Position numbers and translations under genes: made by a program. A stretch of 64,000 nucleotides of DNA from a virus, in IMG/VR virus record IMGVR_UViG_3300021130_000224, positions 32,001-96,000 of that record, one strand, 5' to 3'. Position 1 is the first letter of the stretch, and every line of letters begins with the position of its first letter. Positions 10,343 to 20,600 of this stretch are shown here, one piece after another. The notes beneath the pieces were generated by a model, which was not told the DNA's origin, searched no databases, and saw nothing but the letters and a program-made list of their open reading frames with translations.

Positions 10343-13300
10343 ATGGCAGGTAATCAAAATATGAATCAAAACAGGGCACTAGCCGGCTTGAATACTGACA
10401 ACATTATAAGTCAGGTTCAGGAAGGTTATGTTACAGATGCACTGAATGCTATCAATGGTTCATTTGATGGGAACCAGGTTACTTATCAGAATGAAGAAGG
10501 TAACGTACAGTGCATTACAATGCCTACTGGATATAAGTGCATTGGGCTAAAAAATATAATGGAGATATCTCAAGTATGGTATTTCATTACTAACACGACT
10601 ACCAACTATTCTATGATAGGATATGTGGCAAGTAATAATTGCACATTTGTTCCTGTCATAGATGATTCTGTATTTGGTAGCGATTTGTTGAATTTCAACA
10701 TAGCTTACCCTATCCATAAAATTGAAATAAAGACAACCAACTGTTCAACTCAATTGTATTGGACAGATAAATATAACCATCGTAGATTTCTTGATATCAA
10801 TAACCTACCATGGCAGACCGGTTCTCCAGGTGTACTGGATACAAACAAAATGGAGATACAACCCATTTTTAAAATTCCAGAAATTACACCAACTGCAATA
10901 ACAGTTGGCGGTAATCTTTTAGAGGGTACATACCAATTTGCTATACAGTACTCAAGTATTAAAGGTGAAGGAATGACATCTTGGTATTCGGTAACTAACC
11001 CTGTTAGTATCTTCCTTGAGTCAAAGGTATCTGCAAGTTATAATCTGCAGACAAACTACGCCATCCCATTGGTTATCAGTAATCTTGACATGACAAGATT
11101 ATATGAATATTTTAATCTTGCCGTAATCAAGACAATTAATGCAGTGACAACAGTAGAGTATGTTGGCACCTATTATATTCAGACTGATACATACAATCAT
11201 ACCTATACAGGTGATGAACAAAGTAGTACCAATATCCAATTGACCTTAATGGATATTATGACTCAGAACGACTACTATGATCTGGCCGGTGATCTTACTC
11301 AAGTAGATAATACTCTTGTGTGGGCAGACATGGTTAAAGAAGAGGATATTAGTTATCAAAAGATATTTAACCAAGTCAAGGTACACTGGGGAACTTCTCA
11401 GATGCCAGTAGGTCAAACTATTGGTTATCACAATGGAGTAGAGTGTGCAGAAGCAAAAGGATATTTCAGGGATGAGGTATACGCACTTGAAGGTTGCCTT
11501 TTGTTTAATAACGGTAAACAATCTACACGTTTTCATATACCAGGCAGAGAAGCTACTGCATATGATTTGGAAGCAATTTCTAATGCTGATGAGCAAGCTG
11601 TAGTAACAGCAACTTGTCCTGCACCTCTTATGCCAAGATGGAAAGTATATAATACCGGTTCAGTACTGGGATCTTTACCGGGGTCAGCAGATCTTTGTAC
11701 TGGTATCCGACCATGGCAATATGGTGAGATGTCATATTGGGAGTCGGAAGAGATATACCCAAACAATGCTTTTATCTGGGGTACACTGGCTGGTCAACCT
11801 ATTCGACACCACAAGTTTCCTGATTGTACAGTTACTCCTATACATGACAGTGCTGTTTCACCCGGGCCAGGTGTGGGCTATTCTCCTGGTTACGTATACC
11901 CTATAGGTTTCAAAATAGATATTCAGTCACTCTATACTGCAATTATTAACTCTCCTGATCTTACAGAAGCTCAAAAGCGTTCAATTACTGGCTTTAAGAT
12001 AATGAGATCTGACAGAGCCGGTGAGAGAAGCATTATAGCAAAGGGTATGTTCTATAATGTAGGACAATATGATAAAGATGGGTCAACCTATTTTTATCCA
12101 AACTACCCATTCAATGATTTGAACCCGGATGTATTTATTTCATCAAAGCCTGTAACATCTATTCCTTATACTTGGAACCACAAACTTACAGGCAATACTG
12201 ATGCAGGTACTCCTTTAAACAATTTCCAAAATAGTAGATTTACATTTCATAGTCCTGATACTCATTTCTATCAGCCTTCAGGTATCCAAGATTCATTAAT
12301 GAACCTTGAGACAGCAGAGTATGGTACTTGTAAAGCTCACTTTGTAAAAGTCAAGAACAATGCAGGTGAGAAAATCAGAACTATAAATGCACTGGAGATT
12401 GCTCTGGCTGCAGCTTTTGTGTCTACTGTTGGTATTGATATAAATATAAGTAACTCTGCAACGGTTGGAACTACTACTGATACAACTACTACTGTAGATA
12501 TCCGACCAACATTTAATCCTCAAAACTTCTTCCCGACATATAATAATATGTTGGACATACTGGATAAATTGTCTCCATACTACAATTATGGATGGCAATA
12601 TAATGCAGTAGGGTATTATACAAACTCTGTTCCTATTCCTCAAAACGTAGGTAATAAAGTTAGATTTATTAACTATGGTGGTTACATTACACCTGGTCTA
12701 CAAGGAACATTTGGAGATGTTCATCCTATCAATAATACAGGAAGAGAATCTTCTGTATATGTTTCTATAGCCGGTAGTATGTTATATCCTCATCAGCAAG
12801 TTAATACCAATGGACAGAATCTTGGTGTACCTATAGATACATCAAGGAAGATTGCATCGCAAGTTGGCATGCGTGAAAGTTCAACACCTTTCTATGAACC
12901 AATATCAGCATACTATGGTTCAATTAAAGCAATACGTCCTGGTCAATACGGTCAAGTGTTTTCATACAGGCCAATTGACACCGGTACATTTGGTGCATTC
13001 TTTGACACTCAAGGTAATCCTATAAATGACCACCCAATTGTTTATGGTGGCGATTGCTTTATTAACTTGTTTGCACTCAAGATAAAACATCCATTCTATT
13101 TAAAGTCAACAGTTGATAAGCCAGATGGTTTTGATATTGATTACAACCAAGATGCTGATCCAAACAATACTTCTCAGGCCTACACAAATACAGGCAATGT
13201 AGGTTATCCTATATGGTATTATTCTACTAGCAACCTTCCATTTGTAGCAGATCCATTGTTGCATGGAGGCTTAGTAAATCTAAATAATAGTCTGAACTGG

Positions 13301-15205
13301 TTAAATGGTTTATATAACAATATAGGAGCACCCGGCAACAATCTATTTACAAATTTCTTTGATGTATTAGGAGCAATGGTTGGAACTGTAGTAATTATAC
13401 CTGTACTTGTCTTAGAGATATTGGAAATATTTGTAGGACTGATTACAGGCCACCTGCTCACTACTGTTGGCCTCAAGGTAACTAATCTTGATTACTACCA
13501 ATATGATGACATCTATGAAAAGGGTATGGCATATTTATACGCATATGGTATCCCCTATTACTTCTGTGAGTCTCAGGTAAACGTAGATATGCGACAAGCA
13601 TATAATGACAGAGAAGGTAACTTCTATCCTAATGTGGCTACCGATATTCCAGATGAGTGGGTACAGGAAACCAATGTGCCTATTGCATTTGACAACACTT
13701 ATACATATAATAAAACTTACAGTAAACAAAATCATGAAACTGCTTTTACTGTCCTTAGACCTGATTGGGAACCTGGACAACAATGTTACATCACTTATAA
13801 TAACAGAGCTGTATGGAGTGAAGCATCTGACATGGAGGATACAAGAAATAACTGGCTCGTATATAAGCCGGCAAATACCTTTGACTTCCCGAAATCGTTT
13901 GGATCTTTAGTTGCAATGGATAGACTGGAATCCAGAGCTGTAATGGTAAGATATGTAAACCATACACAGTTATATAACGCCCAGGCTACTATTGAAACTA
14001 CGGCTATAAATGCAGCTCTTGGTACCGGTGCACTATTCTCCGGTACTCAACCAATTGACTTCAATATGTCTGATTCTGGTTATGCAGGTACTCAGCACAA
14101 GTTCTTATTGCAAACAGAGCATGGTCACATCTTTGCTGATGCAATGAGAGGTCAGATAATCTTAGTTAGAGGTACAGCAATCGAAGAGCTTTCAAATGAA
14201 AAATACCACAATGCAAAATGGTTCCAAAATAATTTACCATTTAACATTATAAAATATTTTCCAACGTATCCTATTGATAATCATTTTAATGGCTGTGGTT
14301 TACATGGTGTGTATGATGATTACTATAAGAGGTTAATGTTAACCAAAATTGACTATACTCCATATGACGGAGTTATGTACGATGGTACTAACTTTTACAT
14401 AGAGGAACTAGTTACACAAAACGTAAAATTACACTCGCAAACTACCCTACAAAAAGTAATTGTACAGCTTGGTGACCCAGAGTATTTCTGCAACAAAAGT
14501 TGGACAATGAGTTTCTCTTTCTTATCTAATAGCTGGATAAGTTGGCATTCTTACATCCCGAATTTCTATGTTCAGAACAGTGTCTCTTTTCAATCAGGTA
14601 AGAATGATGACACTTGTACTGTATGGAATCACAACCAGACATTTACATTGTTCAATAACTTTTATGGTCAGGATTATCCTTACATCATAGAGTATCCATT
14701 CAGTTATCAATACCTTGATCAGCTATTGCAATATGTAGAGGAGTACATGACTGTATTAAAATACAATGATGAGGGTATCTATATTGAGCCGAATGAAACA
14801 GTTTATTACACGCAGACAATTGTCTACAATAAACAAGCATCTACTGGGTTACTTAACCTTATACCAAAAGATATTAATAACAGGGCTCAGTATTTTAGCT
14901 ACCCTAAATACAACCCAGATTCTATAGATATTCTTGTAACAAAGGTAGATCATATGTATTCATACAATATGTTGTGGAATAATCTGAAGAGTCCTAACCT
15001 TACACAATGGACAAATAACTGTACACCAGAATTAGGTAATAAAACATTAAATCAGGTTAACTTTGATTACTCAACAAAGAGTTTTCAGAAGTATCCTCTC
15101 AGGGCCAAAGACACCTTGATCAGGCAAATGTCAAATAGAGTGTCAATGGCTTACAAAATGATTAGTAAATTTATAGTCGCTAAGACTCAAAATATGATCA
15201 GCTAA
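10343..15205 (+). CDS. Tail stabilisation/muzzle protein (crAss Tstab)
   Basis: 1620 aa beta-rich; GLNTD..ALNA..QNEEGN start, LYWTD, GYFRDEVYA..FHIPGR, IRHHKFPD, GGDCFI and WISWHSYIP motifs typical of crAss muzzle proteins. Confidence 0.75.
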   Translation: MAGNQNMNQNRALAGLNTDNIISQVQEGYVTDALNAINGSFDGNQVTYQNEEGNVQCITMPTGYKCIGLKNIMEISQVWYFITNTTTNYSMIGYVASNNCTFVPVIDDSVFGSDLLNFNIAYPIHKIEIKTTNCSTQLYWTDKYNHRRFLDINNLPWQTGSPGVLDTNKMEIQPIFKIPEITPTAITVGGNLLEGTYQFAIQYSSIKGEGMTSWYSVTNPVSIFLESKVSASYNLQTNYAIPLVISNLDMTRLYEYFNLAVIKTINAVTTVEYVGTYYIQTDTYNHTYTGDEQSSTNIQLTLMDIMTQNDYYDLAGDLTQVDNTLVWADMVKEEDISYQKIFNQVKVHWGTSQMPVGQTIGYHNGVECAEAKGYFRDEVYALEGCLLFNNGKQSTRFHIPGREATAYDLEAISNADEQAVVTATCPAPLMPRWKVYNTGSVLGSLPGSADLCTGIRPWQYGEMSYWESEEIYPNNAFIWGTLAGQPIRHHKFPDCTVTPIHDSAVSPGPGVGYSPGYVYPIGFKIDIQSLYTAIINSPDLTEAQKRSITGFKIMRSDRAGERSIIAKGMFYNVGQYDKDGSTYFYPNYPFNDLNPDVFISSKPVTSIPYTWNHKLTGNTDAGTPLNNFQNSRFTFHSPDTHFYQPSGIQDSLMNLETAEYGTCKAHFVKVKNNAGEKIRTINALEIALAAAFVSTVGIDINISNSATVGTTTDTTTTVDIRPTFNPQNFFPTYNNMLDILDKLSPYYNYGWQYNAVGYYTNSVPIPQNVGNKVRFINYGGYITPGLQGTFGDVHPINNTGRESSVYVSIAGSMLYPHQQVNTNGQNLGVPIDTSRKIASQVGMRESSTPFYEPISAYYGSIKAIRPGQYGQVFSYRPIDTGTFGAFFDTQGNPINDHPIVYGGDCFINLFALKIKHPFYLKSTVDKPDGFDIDYNQDADPNNTSQAYTNTGNVGYPIWYYSTSNLPFVADPLLHGGLVNLNNSLNWLNGLYNNIGAPGNNLFTNFFDVLGAMVGTVVIIPVLVLEILEIFVGLITGHLLTTVGLKVTNLDYYQYDDIYEKGMAYLYAYGIPYYFCESQVNVDMRQAYNDREGNFYPNVATDIPDEWVQETNVPIAFDNTYTYNKTYSKQNHETAFTVLRPDWEPGQQCYITYNNRAVWSEASDMEDTRNNWLVYKPANTFDFPKSFGSLVAMDRLESRAVMVRYVNHTQLYNAQATIETTAINAALGTGALFSGTQPIDFNMSDSGYAGTQHKFLLQTEHGHIFADAMRGQIILVRGTAIEELSNEKYHNAKWFQNNLPFNIIKYFPTYPIDNHFNGCGLHGVYDDYYKRLMLTKIDYTPYDGVMYDGTNFYIEELVTQNVKLHSQTTLQKVIVQLGDPEYFCNKSWTMSFSFLSNSWISWHSYIPNFYVQNSVSFQSGKNDDTCTVWNHNQTFTLFNNFYGQDYPYIIEYPFSYQYLDQLLQYVEEYMTVLKYNDEGIYIEPNETVYYTQTIVYNKQASTGLLNLIPKDINNRAQYFSYPKYNPDSIDILVTKVDHMYSYNMLWNNLKSPNLTQWTNNCTPELGNKTLNQVNFDYSTKSFQKYPLRAKDTLIRQMSNRVSMAYKMISKFIVAKTQNMIS

Positions 15206-17661
15206 TGAAAAAGAACTGGTTAAAGCAATATGCACAGGAGGGTAAAGTAGATTATTGGAATGAACTTGCCAAGGCTAAGTATGGTCAGAATATGCCAAAT
15301 ATGACTGATGAACAAATAGCTATAGTAAGAGATACTAATCGTGTTACCGATGACCCTTTGATGATACCTGGTTCACCAAGAGTAAAGGCTCAATCAGGAA
15401 CTAAGGTATCAAGCAAGGGTTATAAGAAGAACTCTCCAGATAAGAATGAGCCGATGCTTACTATCCCAAGCAACAGGATAACTATGCAGGATGTAGAGCA
15501 TCCTGTAATGGCATACCCTTCTGCCGGTAATCCTACTTTCATGCATCCAGGTGGTGAGTACTACTTTCCTCATGCTGATTATGTAACAGAAGTACCTGCT
15601 ATGGCTCAAGGTGGAATGATTAAAAGAGCAGATGGTCATTACTCTAAAAGAGGTTTGTGGGATAATATTAGAGCAAATGCTGGCTCTGGTAAAAAGCCTA
15701 CTAAAGAAATGCTTAAACAGGAAAAGAAAATAAAAGCTTCTGAAAAAGCACAAGATGGAAAAAAACTTAGTGCATCTGATCTTGCTAAATTAAGACAAGC
15801 AGTAGCTAACTATAATCCTTCTCCTTATCAAGATATGGACCCTGCTATGTTGCAGCAATATAGAGAGAATCAACGTGTAATGCAACTTGCTGCTACACCT
15901 CAAGGTAAAGTACAACTTAAAAAAGAAGCAGAAGATAAAAAGTATGCAAACAAGAAAAAACAAGAAGTAGCAAAAGATAAAGAAACAAGAAAAGAGCTAC
16001 AAGAACAATATGCAAGACAAAGGTTTGCAGATGACCCATCTGTTATAAACCCTGCATACTGGCAAACAGATCCTCAGACAGGTAGGACTCCTCAACAACG
16101 TCTTGATGACATGGGTACAGACTTGCAAACCCGGGTATTTCGTGGTGGCACTGATGTAATTGACAACTTGAATCCTGGTGTATGGGTTGCAGGAATGGCA
16201 GGTAACCTTGCAAAAGCACCATTAAAAGCACAACAAGAAAACTCTTACACGCCATATCTATCTGCTCTTGGTGAACCACTTGCATGGGGGATAGGTGAGG
16301 AATTAATAGCACCTTATGTAAATAAAGCAGTTGGTAAAGCATCTCAAAAAATAAAAGATGCGTACTCTAAACTAAATGATGCTGTAAAACCACCAAGGTA
16401 TAGTCTTCCAATGATGACAGATATTGTGCCTCAAGTATCACAAAATATAAAAGCAAATTATAAAGATATATTAAAAGCAAGACAAATTTTTTCACCTACA
16501 TTAACCGAAGGTTATGAGTATATAGATGAATTAGCTGATGCTTACTCAGTACAAGATAAACTTGATGTTTTTGGACAGTATAAAAATTATCCTTTTTCAG
16601 AACAACGTCTTTGGAATCCATATGATCCAAATTCTATTAAACCTTTATCAAAAAGTGAATTTGCTAAAAAGGTAAAAGGTAATTTAAAATCATTAGCATT
16701 TCAACCAGAAAAAATAGATGCTGGATATAAAAAAGGAATAGAAGAAGCAAATACTTTTGTTAGAGGAGTTTCTACCAATTGGGATGCTATTAAAAAATCT
16801 AATCCAGAAGGATTTAAAAATATAACTCAAACATTAGAAAAGGTAGGAATAGATTGGAAAAATAATCCAGATCAAGCTGCTGTATATATGGCAACACATA
16901 TTCCAGGTGATACAGGTTATGGTAGAGCAGGTTTAAATCCAAACGAACATGCATTATATACTTCTAATTCTGAAGGAACTGCAGAAGGGTATACATATGG
17001 AGATGGCTATATTGTAAAAGGAAGAAAACCTATTAATTTTAAAGGAAACAATAGAAGAGAATGGTTAAAAGAATTACCAACTGTTATTGATGAAGATATA
17101 ATAAATGCTCATGAATTAGGCGTTAAAGAAAACCCAGCTAAATTTGATTTTCGTAACATGATGGATTTCGGTAATGATAATTTTGAATTTTCTAAAACAA
17201 AAAAATTAAATAATAATTTAGTTGATAAATGGGAAAATGATTACGCAGCTTTTTTAGAAACGCAAAATTTAGAACACCCTGATCCTATTGTAGGTTACGG
17301 TTTTTACGATTTTGATGATGTTCCAGGCATTGAAGTGAAGGGATTAGAAGATCTTAAAAAAATACATAATTTTAAAGAAGATTGGTTTAATAAACACAAA
17401 GACAAAATTAAAGAATTTGATATACCTGAGTTACCAAGTTCCTATATTAAAAAAACAGACCATATTAAATTTAATGATTATGCTCATTATTTACATGTAG
17501 GAGAACCTGGGCAAAAAGTATTAGAACCAATAAATGTAAAACAAATAACTCCTGAAATTTGGAAAAAAACGAATAGGGGACATTATGGGACACCATCAAA
17601 TGGGTTATCAAAACAAAAATACGGTGGTAAATTAACAAAGAACTGGTTACAAAATTATTAA
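15205..17661 (+). CDS. Putative virion cargo protein with AxxG-delimited modules and a C-terminal ART-like domain
   Basis: Follows the muzzle gene (cargo position); repeated AQxG/AKYG motifs; FVRG...LYTSNS..AEGY. Confidence 0.6.
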   Translation: MKKNWLKQYAQEGKVDYWNELAKAKYGQNMPNMTDEQIAIVRDTNRVTDDPLMIPGSPRVKAQSGTKVSSKGYKKNSPDKNEPMLTIPSNRITMQDVEHPVMAYPSAGNPTFMHPGGEYYFPHADYVTEVPAMAQGGMIKRADGHYSKRGLWDNIRANAGSGKKPTKEMLKQEKKIKASEKAQDGKKLSASDLAKLRQAVANYNPSPYQDMDPAMLQQYRENQRVMQLAATPQGKVQLKKEAEDKKYANKKKQEVAKDKETRKELQEQYARQRFADDPSVINPAYWQTDPQTGRTPQQRLDDMGTDLQTRVFRGGTDVIDNLNPGVWVAGMAGNLAKAPLKAQQENSYTPYLSALGEPLAWGIGEELIAPYVNKAVGKASQKIKDAYSKLNDAVKPPRYSLPMMTDIVPQVSQNIKANYKDILKARQIFSPTLTEGYEYIDELADAYSVQDKLDVFGQYKNYPFSEQRLWNPYDPNSIKPLSKSEFAKKVKGNLKSLAFQPEKIDAGYKKGIEEANTFVRGVSTNWDAIKKSNPEGFKNITQTLEKVGIDWKNNPDQAAVYMATHIPGDTGYGRAGLNPNEHALYTSNSEGTAEGYTYGDGYIVKGRKPINFKGNNRREWLKELPTVIDEDIINAHELGVKENPAKFDFRNMMDFGNDNFEFSKTKKLNNNLVDKWENDYAAFLETQNLEHPDPIVGYGFYDFDDVPGIEVKGLEDLKKIHNFKEDWFNKHKDKIKEFDIPELPSSYIKKTDHIKFNDYAHYLHVGEPGQKVLEPINVKQITPEIWKKTNRGHYGTPSNGLSKQKYGGKLTKNWLQNY

Positions 17662-17662
17662 T

Positions 17663-20600
17663 ATGAAAAAGAAAGCAACATTACACCCATTTCTTAAAAT
17701 GGCAGGAGTTAAATCTGAAAAGGAACTATATGATAAGTATCCTACAGATGAGCACTTCTTTAAAGCTTATCCTCAAGCTAAATATGGAATGATGATGGCA
17801 CAAGATGGTGCAATGACATTACCCAATGCTAAACCAAATGTAGCATGGCAACCATCTGGTCAAGGATTAAGTCCTGCAGATAATGTGGCAGGTCTAAATG
17901 CTGCAGGTCCAATGCCACAACAGGGTGGATATCAAGCTGCTCAAGGTCCTGTATTTGAAGGACAAATGCCTGAACAAGAACAGCAAAAACAGGAACAACC
18001 TGAAGTCAAAGAAAATAAAAAGGGTAATAATAAAAATAAACTAAAAATAAGTGCAGGTAAAAAAACTTGGGACCCATTTGCAAAAGATAATGCATGGAAT
18101 ACAGGTAAAGGTGTTGCTACTACAGATGTAATAGCAGGTGGGCTTGCTATGACCGCAGGGGCAATACCTTTTCAGCCGGCCAAGAAAAATCAGGATATTT
18201 TACCACCAGCAATTACTACCGGCAATTATGGTTATGGTAGCCAGGCATCCTTTGAAAATGGTGGTAACATCTCTCCGACAAAAGCTCGTGAGATGCTACA
18301 CAATCCTCCTCATGGTAAACCTCTAAGCGAGAAACAACGTAAGTACTTTGGTGCAATAGCTTCTGGTTATGCAGATGATGGTGCTAAAATGGCAATAGGT
18401 CAGCTTGGTCAAATAGAGCATAAACTGAATGAACTAAAAAAAGTAGTTACTCCTGATTCAGAAATAGAACCATGGGTAGCAAGCAAAGTAACATTAGCTG
18501 CAGACTATCTAAATAATGTAGGTAACTACATGCAGTTTAACCCTGATGCACAACCTCAAGGTCAGCAACAAATGCAACAACCAGGTATGTACATGGGTGG
18601 TTATTTACGTGCAGATGGTGGCCCTATGATTACACATGTAAAACCTTCTCCGTATACTTACTACCGTCCAATGACAAAAACAAATCGTCAGAAGATGGAC
18701 ATGCCTGATTACATGCCTGGTCAAAGTACTCCTGATTTACCTTTTGCTGCTAATGGTATTAATATACCTGGAGTAGGAGGTTATCAGGCACCAGTTACAG
18801 ATCAAGAAAGGGAACAGTGGAATCAGTATCAATCTACAATGTCTCACCAACCCGGAACATATGTAAGAAACTGGCAGCACAATCAGGATTTCCAAAAACA
18901 AATGGCACAGCAAACTGGTTTTGATTACAATAGAGCCGGTGCAATACAAGCCGATATGCAAGCTCGTAGCCAACAGTATCCTGGCTCAGTAAGTGGTATA
19001 AAACCCGGTGCAACTGAAAACCAGAACTGGGGAGGTGATGCTAATTGGGTAGGTGATAGAGAAAGACAAAAGGCTTATGGTAAATATGAGTATTTGCATT
19101 ATGATCCTAAAGGTAATTTATATCCAGGAGAAGCTGGTCATAAAGAAGCAAGTTTTACTCCTATGACCAAAGAGCAAATGGGAAATTGGGAAAACTCTGC
19201 TTATACTAAAGGTCCTAATCAATGGGTAACTAATAATCAAGGTATTGGAATGAATGCTCCTCAATCTGAGATAGATAAACTTTATCAACCTGGAGCACAA
19301 GGTAGTGCTCCTTCAGCCGGAGGCTTTGGTTCAAATACTCCTGTAGCAAGTTCTACTCAACCTCGTACAAAAGCTTTTCCTACAATGGATCAAGCCAAAG
19401 CTGCTTATGCTAAAAAGAAAGAAGGTGTTGAAACAAAATGGAATGCTACTAGTGGAGAATATGAAGAAGTAGGTAAAGGAAGTAAAGCAGTTGCAAATAC
19501 CGATAATTCAGGCCCAGGTCAAGAAGCTTATTCAGTTGATGCCACAAGACGTACAGGAAAAGGTTCAGATGAAGCAAAATATGGTAAGCAAATGATACCT
19601 GGAATGTATCACCCTGACCACGATATGGAAATGCTTGATCAATATCCTCACAAGATGGGTGGTATGTACAAACCGTATTCCCATACATACACAATGGCTC
19701 AAGGTGGACCTATTCCATTTGCAAATGGTGGCAATACGGGTACAGATGTACATGTAGAAGATAGTAAATTTAAAATGCTTTCTCCGCATACAGCCGAAAT
19801 TGGAGGAGATTATCATTCTAATGGTGGTACAGATATACAAGCCAACGGACAAAAAGTAGAGGCAGAAAAAGGAGAAACCCTTCACATACAACCTGACGGA
19901 AGTACTATTGTTGGTGGTAATCTTATTTTTCCAGGTACCAATACTAAAATAAAAAATGTTTACAAAAAAATAGCTAAAAATTTGGAGGCACCTCTTGCTA
20001 AGATGCAAAAGAAAAATGATAAGATAAAAGATAAAGCTAGTTATTTTTTAAATGAATATGGTAAAGCTGGAGATGGTCCTACTAATCAATTCAGAGCCCC
20101 TGCTTTCAATTATGGTAAAGTACTTGCTGACATGAATGAGCAGAACCAAAGAAGCATAGAAGATAAACAACAAGAAATTGTAGCAATAAAAGGTAAGGTA
20201 ACTGATGTACAAAATAAAATGCTGGAACTTGGTGGGATGATTGATCCTGAACATGGTGCCAAAAAGGTATCTCAAATGTTTAAAGGTAAGGATCAATTTA
20301 CAGCAAAGTGGGGTACGAGAATGGCACAAAAAGGTATTACATTAAAACAAGGAGCAGTTGATACATTTGATCCTAATATGGACCCAGGTATTACAGGTGA
20401 GCAACCTAAGTCAACACCTTATGAATTTGACCCATCTAAATCAGGTGTTGTTCCTGAATCTGAACCTAAACATCCAGATTGGGCTTACAAGCCAGATGGA
20501 AGTAAGATGACTCCTGAAGAAATGCAGAAAAATCTTATGGATAGAAAAAAACCAGAAGGTAAAGGCAAAGGTAAAGGCATAAGAGAAAAGCATGTAATTA

